Assembly (NCBI GenBank): GCA_951406725.2
Contig: OX597832.1
Location: 13,702,001 to 13,766,000, forward strand
Origin: Octopus vulgaris
Taxonomy: Eukaryota
Direction of reading: 5' to 3'
Length of the DNA: 64,000 nucleotides
The notes under the pieces are model-generated. The model made no database searches and was not told where the DNA came from. It saw nothing but the letters and a program-made list of their open reading frames with translations. The stretch's first letter is position 1; each line of letters opens with the position of its first letter. A program made the translations under genes and the position numbers. This document shows, one piece after another, positions 1 through 15,159 of this stretch.

Positions 1-190
1 TATTTTACCTAACATATATATATCAACTAAGTACAGACAATTTCAAATACGTGCATCAATACACACAACACATATATCTGTGCGTGTGGGGCGGGGGTGC
101 GGTGAGAGGTGAGAAATGTGTGCGCGCAGAGGAGGGTGAAAGTGTGTATAAATTTATATGTGATTCAGAGAAAGACTGTGCACATATGAT

Positions 191-1274
<1,084 letters not shown>

Positions 1275-1706
1275 GGGTTTATTTTTCCAGTTAGTCTTTG
1301 GTTTTGTGTTTGGTAGCGTTCTATTTTTTAATTATATTTTGCTTGTTATTGTTGTTTGCTGTTCTTGTTTTTCCATTTTCATTATGTGTTAGACTACGTG
1401 AAATCGACGTCTTTTGAAAAGAGCAGTAGAAGTATTCGCCGTAGTTATTCTAGAACGGCTTGGAATAAAACATGTTGAGGGAAATCTTCGTTGATATACT
1501 TGTCAGACACACGAACGATGTAAAATATTCTTGGCGCCTGAATTCCTAAAAAAGCAACTAACTTGGGAATTCCACGTTAAATAGCTGAAGTCTTGAGAGC
1601 ATCCCGAAATAGCAGAAGCGAACGAACGTAGGAAATGGCGAATGTTTTCATTAGAACTGGGACATCGGACGAAGAAGCAGCAGCCAGTGCTTCAGCATTG
1701 ATGGCC

Positions 1707-1809
1707 TCATCATCATCATCAACATCATCATCGTCGCCGTCATCTTCGTCATCATCATCTTCATCATCTTCATCGTAATGATCGCCATCATCATCGCCAT
1801 CATCATTAA

Positions 1810-1840
<31 letters not shown>

Positions 1841-2280
1841 GTCATCGTCATCGTCATCATCATCATCAGCAGCAGCAGCAGCAGCATCATCGTCATCATC
1901 ATCCTCATTATCATCGTCGTCGGGATCGTCATCATCATCATCATCATCATCATCACCATCGTCATCATCATCATCATTATCATCATCGCCATAGTCATCA
2001 TCGTCATCATCATCATCATCATCATCATCATCTCCATCATCAGCACCATCATCATCAGCAGCAGCAACAACCACAACATCAGCAGCAGGAGCACAACAGT
2101 CACTTTGGTCATCATTATTAACTTCATCATGATCATGATCATTATCAAGACTGCCTTCAACACCACCACCACCACCACTACCACCAACACCAACACCAAC
2201 ATTCTGATCACGATCATAATCATGAGCTTCATCCGCATCATCACTGTCTTCGTCGTCGTCGGCGTCATCATCACCACCGC
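1707..2280. repeat. Degenerate (CAT/CGT/CAG/CAC)n trinucleotide microsatellite
   Basis: Tandem CAT-family triplets; open in several frames only as poly-D/M/I. Confidence 0.95.
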
Positions 2281-2315
2281 TGACACAATGAAGAACAGCA
2301 CCGGAAATCAATACC

Positions 2316-2492
2316 TATTTCTTTACTACACACAAGGGGCTAAACACAGAGAGGACAAACAAGAACAGACAAACGGTTCAAGTCAATGACATTGACCCTC
2401 CAGTGCGTAACTGGTACTTAATTTATTGACCCCGAAAGGATGAAAGGCAAAGTCGACCTTGGCGGAATTTGAACTCAGAAAGTAGCGGCAGA
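2316..2492 (-). mobile_element. tRNA-derived SINE type A, 5'-truncated copy
   Basis: Reverse complement matches the body and tail of the copy at 2902-3123 (gagttcaaattccgcc..gtcgactttgcctttcatcc..aagtaccagttacgcactgg). Confidence 0.85.
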
Positions 2493-2501
2493 GGAGATAA
2501 A

Positions 2502-2725
2502 TATTTCTTTGCTACCCACAAGGGGCTAAACACAGAATGGACAAACAAGGAAAGACAAACAGATTAAATCGATTATATCGACCCCAGTGCGTAACTGGTA
2601 CTTATTTAATCGACCCCGAAAGGATGAAAGGCAAAGTCGACCTCGGCGGAATTTGACGAAATATCCAGACGAAATACCGCAAATCATTTCGCTCGGCGTG
2701 CTAACCTTTCTGCCATCTCGCCGCC
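2502..2725 (-). mobile_element. tRNA-derived SINE type A with internal deletion
   Basis: Reverse complement of head ggcggcgagatggcagaa..gttagcacgccg and tail tttagccccttgtgggtagcaaagaaata. Confidence 0.85.
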
Positions 2726-2901
2726 TTATTCGCAGACCAATATCGATAGAAGAAACACAGAGTAAACTACATCTTGAACAGAAAAAAAACATTTTCCTTT
2801 ATTGATTTTAAATATAAACAATTTAAAATAAAATGCGTCAAAGCTGCCACCGCCGCTTCGTTTTTGAAAGTGTGTCGGTGATTGTGGCGACCCGTTAATA
2901 A

Positions 2902-3123
2902 GGTGGCGAGCTGGCAGAATCGTTAGCACGCCGGGCGAAATGCGTAGCCGTATTTCGTCTGCCGTTACGTTCTGAGTTCAAATTCCGCCAAGGTCGACTT
3001 TGCCTTTCATCCTTTCGGGGTCAATAAATTAAGTACCAGTTACGCACTGGGGTCAATGTAATTGACTTGATCCGTTTGTCTGTTCTTGTTTGTCTCCTCT
3101 GTGTTTAGCCCCTTGTGGGTAGT
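2902..3123 (+). mobile_element. tRNA-derived SINE type A (octopus OK/OR-like; exact family not assigned)
   Basis: A-box-like TGGCAGAATCG and B-box GAGTTCAAATT; many related copies in this window. Confidence 0.85.
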
Positions 3124-3389
3124 ATGAACCACTGACGGACAAGTCACAATGTTTGGAAGTAAGGACATGGATATTATGGAAGGTACAGACAACGGATTGT
3201 AAAATGAAACATCGTTTTACTTACAAAGGAAGGATAACATGCTAATCTCCGTATATTTGGAACTTGGAATCTAAATTCGACGTAAGTATGCAACGACGTA
3301 AATCGTTCGCACCCTGGCAATAAATATTTTCTTTCATTCGACCCTCAAGAACGTGCATCTCATTATTAATGTCGGAAAAAACATAATCA

Positions 3390-3458
3390 GGATCATCATC
3401 ATGATCATCATCATGATCGTCACCATGATCATCAACAACACCATCATCACCATCACCG

Positions 3459-3492
<34 letters not shown>

Positions 3493-3870
3493 TGAATCGG
3501 CTTCGTCACCATCACCTTCCTCCCTATTCTCTTCATCGACGTCGCCATCCTTCTACTCCTTCATCATAATCTTCATCATTATCCTCACCAAAAGCACCAT
3601 CATTATCAACATCATCATTGCAGTATTTTCCTCATCATCCCCTTCCGCTTCCTAATTTTATCATCATCATCATCACCACCACCGCCGTCTCCATCTCCAT
3701 CACTACCACCAACAATACCACCATCACCTACAGCAGCAAGAACACTCCCACCAAATTTCCGCCACCACCATCATGATTCTGATCATCATCATCATCATCC
3801 TCATCATCGTCGTCGTTGTCGTCGTCACTGTCATCGTCCCGATCATCATTATCATTATCATCATCAATAA
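3390..3870. repeat. (CAT)n-type low-complexity tract
   Basis: Degenerate triplet repeats. Confidence 0.9.
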
Positions 3871-4225
3871 GAACAACGACGTCGATGCTAACAGCTACAA
3901 AAGAAATATCTCCACCGTCTTCATCTTTATCATTTTTCGTGTTTAGGGTTATAAACAATAAAGTGATATTGAAGAAATCGTTAATAAAATCTTTGAAATT
4001 GTCAGAATATACACGACAGCCTTCAAGTACAGCACATCCCCTTTTCACTGGCTGACGCCGTAGCTTATTACATTAGATATGAGAAGAGTTCACTAGCCCT
4101 CCACACGTTGCTTCCCCTCTTCCTGAGACAGAAAGGAGGTGAACCGAATACGAAGTTACTTACAGCCTAAGATGAGAAAATCAGAATAGCCGAAGGATGA
4201 AAAAGAGAGGAAGAGCAGCAGGGAT

Positions 4226-4249
4226 AAGTAGATAGATAGATAGACAGAA

Positions 4250-4344
<95 letters not shown>

Positions 4345-4405
4345 GATGGATAGATAGATTGATAAATAGATAGATAGATAGATAGAGGGATGGATATATA
4401 TATAT

Positions 4406-4459
<54 letters not shown>

Positions 4460-4583
4460 GGATTGATAGATAGATAGATAGATAGAGAGACAGACAGATA
4501 GACAGATGGATAGTTAGATAGATATTTAGATAGTTAGACAGAGATAGCTAGCTATCGAGCTAGATAAATAGATAGATAGATAA

Positions 4584-4652
<69 letters not shown>

Positions 4653-4667
4653 CAGACAGGCAGATAT

Positions 4668-4722
<55 letters not shown>
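4226..4722. repeat. (TA)n/(GA)n/(GATA)n microsatellites
   Basis: Direct reading. Confidence 0.95.
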
Positions 4723-5215
4723 TAGTGAGAAAGACAAAAAGGAAACGTGACATATTAGTGTACTTGTCAGATATTATTTTAACGACACCGAAGGAAATGA
4801 ATAACAGGGGAATATTTGAAGGGAGTTCACAGAGAGCATGAACAGAACTTTGTAGCCATCACTCTTAACATTCTGTCAATTTGAAGAACAATGGCGGCAT
4901 AGTCTGTCTGGCTGCCTCTCTCTATCTCTCTTTCTCTCTCTCTCTATTTCTTTTTCTCTCTCTCTCTCTTTCTCTCCTTATTTCTCTCTTTGTCACTTTT
5001 ACACGCGTACGGTCGCACATATGCAATCACTTTCTCTTCAGTTCTCAGTACATACCTACCAACACATATACAAACAAACGTATATACATAAAACAAGAGA
5101 ACAACTATGCGAAACTATTCCAGTTACTCTATCTAGATTACAAGTTTATACTTGTAATTATGGAGGCCCTAGGATATGTAGGACACTGCTTAAATGCCAA
5201 TCTTCAGAAATTAGG

Positions 5216-5282
<67 letters not shown>

Positions 5283-5339
5283 GGTGTGTGTATGTATGTT
5301 TGTATGATTGATTGCTTGTCACTAAACCTTTTTTTTTAT

Positions 5340-5510
5340 TTCCTCTGTATGTTTATTTCTGTGTTCCTGTCTGTTAAAGAGCGTAGGCTCGAAACGTAAA
5401 AGACATTCTCACTTCCCGAGCGTTAAACTAATACATATGTTCAATTTTCACACACCTCGTCTCCATCTTTTGTTTTGTGCGTGTTCTTTTTTTTTGTAAA
5501 TACAACTATA
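5340..5510 (+). mobile_element. Short PLE 3' tail with degenerate HHR (5371-5403)
   Basis: ctgttaa-a-GAGC-gtag-GCTC-gaa-ACGT-a-aaaga, shared with the tails at 19416, 36843 and 40268; ends in (TA)n. Confidence 0.65.
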
Positions 5511-5540
5511 TACGTATATATGTATATATTTATATATATA

Positions 5541-5745
5541 GTGAATCCAAACAAGAAAACACAAAAAAACACAGCAACGCGAGGACGTGGAACAAATAAA
5601 GTATTATTGGACGCTCAGGAAAGAAGGGAAGGAGGGTGTAACGTTTCGAGTGGAGCTCTTCGTCGGAAACAAAGGAGAAGGAAAGATCCCGAGAAGGGAA
5701 GACAGAGGAAAAAAAAATTGCTGGCGGTGCTCACGAGGTCACACG
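5541..5745 (-). mobile_element. Short PLE-like tail with HHR-like motif (5637-5672)
   Basis: Minus strand reads ccgacga-a-GAG-ctcca-CTC-gaa-ACGT-t; its 3' end abuts (TA)n, tail-to-tail with the previous element. Confidence 0.5.
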
Positions 5746-6902
5746 CAGCAAGGGAAGTCTTTGTGGAAATATTTGAGATAAGTAATCATAAGCAATATAC
5801 TTGTCGCTGTTGTATTGAGTAAAACAGTTACACTACACCATCAATGCTTCAGTCCTTAAAAGGGAAAATTTTAATTGCTGCTTCTAAGTTTTTATTGTCT
5901 AATTTTTATTAATTGCGATTGAGGAATAGATATGTTGTATATATTTGAAACATAATCATGCGTTTACCGGAAGCATGCTGAAGCAACTTGCCATGTTTCT
6001 TTCTTAGAACATTTACACGATGATCGGATTAATAATATATGATTTAAGACTACGGCGTGACGTTTGCGTTAAACTAGAATGCATTCACAGATATATACAC
6101 GGGCGCGCACATACACACACACACACATACATACGCACTCACATACACAGACAAATACACACATACACACGGAGGCTGACTACTGTGCGCATCTTCTTGA
6201 ATAAGTTCAAACGGACCAATTAATTTTAATGATTAGACATTCGTCTTCAGGCATATCTTATAAATGCCTGAGGCTGTAATAAGGAAAAGTAAAATAAAAT
6301 CCTGTAAACTCGATTGTGTGTCATGTTAAATAAATAAAATTAATCTCATGTTATAAATTATACTTTTATGATTACCAGCAGATATTTTTTATCTCGTTTC
6401 ACATATCCAGCTTCATCCAATATCATTCAATACTTTTAAAATAATTTTATTTATCATTGTAATAATGTTAACCTTATTTTTTTCCTTCATCTACAGTATT
6501 TTGTTGCAATAAATTTATCTTTTAACCGGTAAAAAACCGTTTTTTATTCTTTTCCATTTAATTATAATTAGAGATAATCATGGATATATCTCCCGTGATC
6601 GGATCACCAATAATTATTTATAAATTCTTAAATCACGCTTTATTCACCTGCGGTCATGTTCAGCCAAAAGGTATTTCTCCGAGTAAGCCATAGTGAAAAT
6701 CTTCTTGCTATTTTGTTATAGAGAGAAGCGAACACAGGGCATTATTATTCTCATTTTGTAAGTATTCACACTTGGTCGAAGTGTTTCGGCACATTGTATC
6801 ACGTAGCTTCAACACTAAAATATTTCTTTTAAATTATATGCTGCTCTAAACGCGTATACATTACCGATGTCACATACTCACTGGTATGTGCGTTGTCGGA
6901 AG

Positions 6903-7133
6903 TCGGCGAGCTGGCAGAATCGTTAGCACGCCGGGCGAAATGCTTCGCGGTATTTCGTCTGCCGTTGCGTTGTGAGTTCAAATTCTGCCGAGGTCGACTT
7001 TGCCTTTCATACTTTCGGGGTCGATAAATTAAGTACCAGTTACGCACTGGGGTCGATGTAATCGAATTAATACCTATATCTGTCCTTGTTTGTCCCCTCT
7101 ATGTTCAGCCCCTTGTGGGTAATAAAGAAATAG
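6903..7133 (+). mobile_element. SINE type A, full length
   Basis: Near-identical to 2902-3123. Confidence 0.85.
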
Positions 7134-8178
7134 GTATGTGCGTTGTTTATGCCTTCATTTGCTTCGTGATAGCTTCTGAGGGAAAAATCCATTTAAGATG
7201 ATGACTCTTATAAAACACTGGACATTACAAACCAGGTGAGACATCTCGCCCCGTAGGTGATGGAGAACAATTGATATCGATATTTCACTGTTTGCAAACT
7301 CTTCGGTACTGCTAACTCGAATTGTTAAACGAATTGTGACGGTGATCTGAGACATATATACAAACGGTATTGTGTTTAACTTCTGGTGTGCAAAACCGCC
7401 TCACAGGTAAAACAAGATTTGTATTTATTTGATAGAATCCATTTCTGAGGCATTTTGCACTTTGTTGATGTTCAGTATGAGAGTAATTTCATTTCGCTTT
7501 TAACTAGTATATATTTTGATCAGTTATAGATCACCTACTAATTCTAAGTAAGTTGATCACATTAACCTTACCAACTGAGTAGCATATCCTGCATTAGTGA
7601 GATCTAATAATCTTGTGGCAAACTCGTGACTCGTGACATGCGAAATGATTATAGTTAGAAAATGTACTCGCATCTGCATTGTGTAAATGTTTCAAAATGT
7701 TCTACTATTGATCCCATTTCCGTTACTTTCCATTCTCTTTTTTATGATTGATTCATTGTACTGTTTGCGCATACTGGACTCCCTGTGTAATTAGTTTTCT
7801 GTCCATTCACCGATTATTTTGCACAAAGTTGTTCATTTTATACAGACTTTTGGTTCCTAATTTCCCATTACATTTACTTCGATTGAGTCGTTCTGACGCG
7901 AACTCCTCATATCTTCTACATTATATTTACTAGATAAGTGATGAGTTCTATATTGTTTATTCAAGCATTTTACAGGCACTTAATTTATCTATCTCTGAAG
8001 ACTGAATAAAACCCGTGAGATTTGAAATGGCAATGTAAAGGGGTGTCATCCTTGATGACTTTTTAGTAGAAGGCTGCGTAATATACGGCAGAATTTAAAA
8101 TTAGAGATTAAAGAGATGTAGTTACGAAATATATTTGGGTACGATGAAGTGCATGGCTAAATTTTGTTTAAGATTCTA

Positions 8179-8505
8179 TGGATGGAAGCACTCCGTCGGT
8201 TACGACGATGAGGGTTCCGGTTGATCCGAATCACCGGAACAGCCTGCTCGTGAAATTAACGTGTAAGTGGCTGAGCACTCCACAGACACGTGTACCCTTA
8301 ACGTAGTTCTCGGGGATATTCAGCGTGACACAGAGAGTGACAAGGCCGGCCCTTTGAAATACAGGTACAACAGAAACAGGAAGAAAGATTGAGAGAAAGT
8401 TGTGGTGAAAGAATACAGCAGGGATCACCACCATCCCCTGCCGGAGCCTCGTGGAGCTTTAGGTGTTTTCGCTCAATAAACACTCCAAACGCCCGGTCTG
8501 GGAAT
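8179..8505 (-). mobile_element. SINE type B body (tRNA head missing)
   Basis: Homologous to 11875-12187 (actccgtcggtt.cgacgatgaggg..gtgtacccttaacgtagttctcg..ttgaaatacaggtacaa). Confidence 0.8.
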
Positions 8506-9774
8506 TAAGATTCTATAAGAAATATATGTTTAAAATATTTTTAATTACATATGAAGTATACAGACGGACGTTACCAAGTATATATTCATTTTATTCACTA
8601 AGCTCTTCATGTTCGTTTGGCCTTAAGGATATAGAGGCCAAATCTTAAAACGAAATATGGTTACAAGAGTGAACATAGTTTCCAAGATATGAAGTGGAAA
8701 TATTTGTTTCGTAATTCAGATTAATCCGAGCCGACCTAAGTCAAGAAGTTAAAAAATCATTGGTGTAAATGTACGCATAAATTTATTTATACACATGTGT
8801 ATTCATGATCTCTTTTAGTTTTAAATATCTGAAATCTCACGGTAAGAAAGAAGCTGGTTTCTGACAGAGGTACAAAACCCCATCCTTGGAATGCATGTAG
8901 CCAAAACACATCAATATTTTTAACTTGATAAAATGTTTGCATTTTACTACTGTTCGACTTGTAAAATATATTTGTAATGAGCGTATAAGCTGCTTGATTT
9001 ATTTTTCTGAAAACCTCAGCTTTTAGAGATTGTTATTTAGAATTTTACTCACAAAATAACTACACCGAATATTATTGGTATAAATGTGAATTTATAATCT
9101 GGAGGGTTCGAAGATATTGTCATAGTTATTCATATAAACAGGTGACCTCAGCAGTATTTAATACATATTCTTGTATGGTTCAAACAACAATATACGGATT
9201 AGCTTTACACTTGGTAGGAGTTTTGATGGGAATGTCCCACCAATATTGTTTGTGTTAGCGTTTATGAATACATTTAGCAACATATGTTAGTTCTATATTT
9301 CTCTCAAATTTTTTCGAAAGCATTGTTTATTGTTCGAGCGAGAAAGTTATTTCGAAATGAGAAGAAGCATCTTGTCACTTTTCAGTAACTGCCGACCACA
9401 TGTGTAATGCCCTGCACTGAATGTATGATGTGATGTAGCTCTTCCGAGTGCAAGAAAACCTGAATTTCATGTTAATGACACTGACATATTCAAGGTTTCG
9501 AGAAACATGCAAATGCTTTTGTTTCTTTTAGGTATGCTGAACGTCTCACATCATAATCTTCATTTTGGCGTACTGACCGTTTCTTATCTTGAAATACTTT
9601 TAAATATATTAGTGCAGCTGTTTTGCAGTTGTATGGGTGGTGGTCGAAGTGAAAGTACTTTCGGAGAAACCAAACACCCTTAGGTTGAACGCCGGTGTGT
9701 GTGAGAGAGAAAAAGAGAAATGAAGAAAGAGGGAAGGCGTGAGAGAGAGAGAGATACTATATGACATTTGAAGA

Positions 9775-9965
9775 CTACATTGATATCAAACCTCTACCAA
9801 CTTCATTTCTTCTTATGTAATCCTATTGATGTATCTTTTCCTGTGGAAGATTCCATTTCATATCATATTTTGTGAGTTTTGATGTCTAGGGAGTGGATTT
9901 CCTCTGCAGACCAATCGAGTAGCCTTAATATTCGATTTAGCACCGGTACTGCCTAGGCATTTCGG
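9775..9965 (-). pseudogene. R4/Dong-clade non-LTR RT fragment
   Basis: Minus translation with stops and shifts: AVPVLNRILRLLDWSAEEIHSLDIKTHK..NGIFH..YIRRNEVGRGLIS, matching the R4 AVPV..W..LD.KTRK..GRGL block. Confidence 0.6.
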
Positions 9966-11027
9966 GATATTTTCTTCATGTAAAAGAAGAGTTCTCAGTG
10001 CTATATATTTCTATGCCTGATGTATTCTCGGGTTATTTTATCCTTAGTCACCGGATATTTATAGGTTATACATTAAACAATGCTAAATCACTCGCATGTA
10101 TATAACTATGTCTTTCTATATTTTTCTATAAAAATATACGTGTATGGTTTTCTGTGACCCTGTGTGCATAAACAGTCATAAATGTATAGAGAAATAAACA
10201 TACTCTCACGTACAAGTACAAACATGCAAGTATGCACACAAGCACAAGCGCGCACATATACACATGTATATATGCATGTATTTATGTATGCATGATGTAT
10301 GCTTGTATATATTATGTATGTATGTATGTATGCATGTATGTATGAATGCATCTATCTAGCTATGTGTGCAGCACAGAATGCATGCTTGCGTGTAAGTATG
10401 TATGTTTGTATATACGTTTGTATGTATGTATTTATGAATATATATGATCCTCTGGATATAGTCGCTTTGATTTAATGCCAAGGATTTGAAAGCACCACTT
10501 CCTCAAATTAGATCAGCTGACTATCCCAGAATAATTCTTACGAACAGGACATTTAACAAAAACGTTGATGACAGGCACGTCAGCGTTATTAAGAGCTGAA
10601 TATGTTTAAATCACTCGTTCATTCTATCAGTCTAAATCGTAGCGATTATGATTTATGGATAAAAAGGTGCGTACATTTAAAGCAAAATGCCAATCCTATA
10701 GATAAATAACGCTCACTTCAATATCCTGATTATCTGATCAGTATTTGTCCCTTCGTTTGGTAAAGCGTTATTTCATTTTATGTGTTCGCTTAACTGCAAA
10801 TAATTCTCATATTTGCTGCAAAGTAAAACACGAAAACAACCAAATATCCTTTCGAGTGGTCAGACAAACAGACACGCGCGCCCCACACACGCATACAAAC
10901 ACACACACACACGTGCGCGTACATGTGTTTATATGTCTGCCTGCATTTGTGCTTGAGTATATGTAATTGTGTGCATTTGCATTATATATATATAGAGAGA
11001 GAGTGGTTGTATACTGTCAACATAACG

Positions 11028-11228
11028 TGGCAGTCCCGTAAGGGAATTACAGCACCGCTGTTTAGCCCTAGGAAGCTTCGACGCTTCCTCTCGGCTTTGA
11101 CACATTTCCTGTGTTCTTTTATTTGCGAAGGGGAGGCAAGCACCCCCACCAGCTAGGATTCACACCTGAGAACATGCATGTTTCTGGGACTTTACCCGTC
11201 ATCAGCCCAGGATAGGGAACCTGCTAGT
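11028..11228 (-). mobile_element. PLE-like 3' tail carrying a hammerhead ribozyme
   Basis: HHR at 11165-11211, followed by a tail homologous to the arms of the 56323-56639 foldback. Confidence 0.6.
11165..11211 (-). ncRNA. Type I hammerhead ribozyme, canonical CUGAUGA core
   Basis: Minus strand: CCTGGG CTGATGA C GGG taaagt CCC A GAA ACATGCATGT T CTCAGG. Stem I is 6 bp, stem III is palindromic, the cleavage triplet is GUU, and there is a C.A mismatch at 10.1/11.1. Confidence 0.75.
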
Positions 11229-11874
11229 TGAGATGCCTGTCTAGCTTTCGAAAATGTTTAATTTCTTGTAAAAATCGTCAGTGTTTTTCATGTAGATTTG
11301 TCTTTACGTATCAACGGCTTTCGTATTTCACTTTCTTCTCTTTCTCTCTCTACCATCCACCCTACCTCCCTACCTTTCTTCCTCCCTTCCTCCCTCCTTT
11401 TTTCCTTTCTCTCCCTTTTTCTCTCCCGCTTTCTCGCCTTTCCTCCATCGTTCTTCGCCTCCGCCTCTTGTTCTGTCTCTCTGTTTCTGTCTCTCTTTTT
11501 CTGTCCCTCACTGTGTCTCAGTATGTCTGCCTGTCTATCTGCCTCTCTCTCTCTCTCTTTCTCTCTCTATGTACCTCCATTTCACCCTCACGTTCTCACG
11601 AAAGTGTTAGCAAAGTAAGAATCTATAGTTCATAACTTTCAATATGTCCCTGCCGAATTACCATCTTATAGCTGAATATCAGTGATGTAAATTTCCCTCG
11701 GCAAAGTATGTTCCAAGGTTTTTATGAATAAGTGAACTTGCCCACATCTGTTGGTTGGCAAGAACACATTATGTTAAAATAATATGTTCAATTTAGGGAG
11801 GAAACCCATCGAACACCTTTCGGTATTTATAAAAGCGCATATCAAATCGGGCTTCCACCGAAAGACTATATATA

Positions 11875-12187
11875 GGAGTACTCCGTCGGTTGCGACGATG
11901 AGGGTCCCAGCTTATACAATCAACGGAACAGCTTGCTCGTGATATTAACAGATACGTGTACCCTTAACGTAGTTCTCGAGGAGATTCAGCGTGACACAGA
12001 GAATGTGACAAGACTGGCTCTTTGAAATACAGGTACAAGAGAAAGAGCGAGAGAAAGTTGTGGTGAAAGAGTACAGCAGGGTTCACCACAAACCCCTGCC
12101 GGTCACAATGCCCGGTCTGGGAATCGAAACCGCAATCCTCCGACCGCGAGTCTGCTGCCCTAACCACTGGGCAATTGCGCCTCCACA
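11875..12187 (-). mobile_element. SINE type B with tRNA-like head
   Basis: Minus head gtggaggcgcaatTGCCCAGTGGttagggcagcagactcgcggtcggaggattgcGGTTTCGATTCCcagacc, with A and B boxes. Confidence 0.85.
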
Positions 12188-12665
12188 CCGACAGACTATT
12201 AATTTTATTATTAATTATTTTAAATTTTATTTCACTCATATTCATATACTAAATAGTCACATTATTTATACTTTACAAAATTTGAGTCGAAATATATTTT
12301 AACTTTAACATTTCTATTTCCAAAGAGAAATAGTTTTCCTGAACATCATATATTCTGCTGGAGAAATAATTTTTTCAAGTGACGAAAAACGCAAAGAAAA
12401 AGAGAAAATCTTATAGAATTCGAGAATTATATTTTTGCTTCTTACATTTATTCAACATGATTCATATTTTTTTACACTTACATAATCGCACGGAAAGACG
12501 CGAGCACAAGCACACATGTATATATGTATATATGAATACATACATACACACACGCAAACGCGCGCACACACACGCGCGCACATAAACACACATACATATT
12601 TACGTAGAAAGATATATAGGTGTGTGTGCGTGTATGAATACATATGCTTACACACGCATACAACC

Positions 12666-12764
<99 letters not shown>

Positions 12765-12775
12765 CATACATATAA

Positions 12776-12815
<40 letters not shown>

Positions 12816-14261
12816 GTACATATATGTATATATATATATATACATATATACACTTATATATATATATATATATATATATACACTTGTATATGAATATATG
12901 TGTATTGCTTTTCCATGTGTGCATACACACCCGTAAGCACACAATTACAGATATGCATGTTGTATGGAAGCATATTTTCCATTCTATTTTAAGGCACTTT
13001 CCTGTATTCAAGGCATAACAAGTTTTGTAAGCTATTTATGTACTCAATGACGTTTGAGATTAAGAAACTGGGAATATTCTCTCGGAACATTAGATGCTTG
13101 TAGTTGTAAGATCACGTGCCATCACGTACAGAATTAATCTCTCATAGAGAATGCCTTTCCTGAGATAAATATTGCCTACCTCTATATTCAAAATCAAGTG
13201 AACTCTGACAACTCAGCCATATATAATATGAATACGCCTTGCATTTGATAAATTTGTAATTCGTTCATCTTTTGTTTATTGATCGTAAGCAACGTTGCGT
13301 GTTGTTAGCTTGGCTTTATCTTTCATTTGTATGATTAATGGTAAAACATGTCCCATCTTGTCTCGTTTTCGGACTAGAATACTAAAACTACATTATTTCG
13401 ACTGTCTGTTTTCTTGTGTATATTTTGTGTTTGGGATTTGAGTAAGAGATTGTTATTGAAGCAGGTGAATCTACGACGCAGAAACAGACATGGACAAACA
13501 GTTGTTTTACAAGTGCTGTATGCAATGAACAACATCATATAATAGAGTCAATTAAATAGAAAAAAAAAGAAACAAATCAGTAGAAGCATCCACGTGTGAA
13601 CGAAGCAAAGAAATAACTTCGTTCACATGAACAAAGGGTATCATAAATCAGCATTATGAATACAGCAAAAAGTTTTGGAGCTTATATAATTATTTTCATA
13701 ATATGTCATGTAAGGGCTGCAAAGGGTGTACAGGTTAACGACGGTTAGCGTAGATGTTGACCCGTTGGTTTTCCATTTTCTTGTTTCGTTGCATGATACT
13801 TTACAAAAGTGGGGATATTTTTTACAACAAAATCGTCGGAATAATAGCTCCTTGAATACACAGCAGCAGTACAGATAAGTAATGGTTAATTATTTTGCTG
13901 CTTTTGTTTATTTAAAAATTAACGATTTTATATAGAGATTTCTATTATGCGCAATAATAATTATTTTAGGATGGGTGAGAAGAGTCGATTTTATTAAAAT
14001 TTATTTGTTTTATGTATCGCTTGTAGGGTCATATGGATAATGAACTCTAAGAGAAGTGTAACATTTGAAAACATATTGAATATCGTTCCAAAATTAATTA
14101 AGGGAAATAAAACTTAAATTTTGAGCATAAGTCACCTCAATTATAAATTATATTATTCATTATAAAGTGCCTATGCTGATGCAGCGCTTATATGAGATCT
14201 ACTCGGACAAATCAGACCTAATACTTTCAGCTCAAGCACTTACTGCTCAACAGCTACTAGA

Positions 14262-14601
14262 GGAGACCCCTTTCAGTCATGGGTGACCATGGGATTCCAC
14301 CTAGAAATTTACCTTCCGAGGCACAAGTAAGTCCCTGTAAAGTTGATTATGGTAGACCAGTAGTCACCCATGCATACCAGCCTTCCCTCTGTACGCCACT
14401 GATATTTTCCAAGGGAGAGGGAACGACCGATACGGCTTGGCACATGTGACATCGCAACTCATTTCTACAGCTGAGTGAACTGGAGCAACGTGAAATAAAG
14501 TGTCTTGCTCAAGAACACAACACACAGCTCAGTCCGGGAATCGATCTCACAACCTCACGATCGTAAGTTCAACGCTCTAACTACTGGGCCATGCGCCTTC
14601 A
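14262..14601 (-). mobile_element. tRNA-derived SINE type C with CORE-like domain
   Basis: Minus strand: tRNA head (tggcccagtagttagagcg..gagatcgattcccgg), then gtgttcttgagcaagacacttt..cagctgtagaaatg resembling the CORE-SINE domain. Confidence 0.75.
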
Positions 14602-14704
14602 CAGCCACTAATGATCACGTAAATACACCAACACGGATTATCCGACGGCTGTGGGAGTGGACACACGGACAAAATGTAATGTGTGTAATGACACACGTAA
14701 TATA

Positions 14705-14795
<91 letters not shown>

Positions 14796-15110
14796 ATATA
14801 TACATATACACATGTATATGTATGTTTAACTATATGTGCTATCTCTGTCTCACACACACGCACACACCCACACACAAACACAGACACACACACACACACA
14901 CACACATATATGTATATATATATATATATATACATATATGTATATATATATATATATATATATAAACATATATATATATATATACATATATACATGTATC
15001 TATATATGCATACATAAAAATATTATAAGTGTATGTCTGCCTGTCTGTCAATGTATCAGCCTATTTCTCTAATTATATCTTTCCCTTTCTCTGTCTCTAT
15101 GTGTGTGCGC

Positions 15111-15159
<49 letters not shown>

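Noticed and set aside
1577-2389. 244-aa acidic poly-Asp ORF and overlapping poly-Met/Ile ORFs
   Set aside because: Translations of a (CAT)n microsatellite open in several frames, with no domain or splice support.
7155-7355. Ig-like exon (LVCNVQCF..LKWIF)
   Set aside because: It needs a frameshift and is a single weak motif with no supporting exons.
12110-12187. tRNA gene
   Set aside because: The A/B boxes run straight into a repeated SINE body and there is no complete cloverleaf; the same applies to the other SINE heads.
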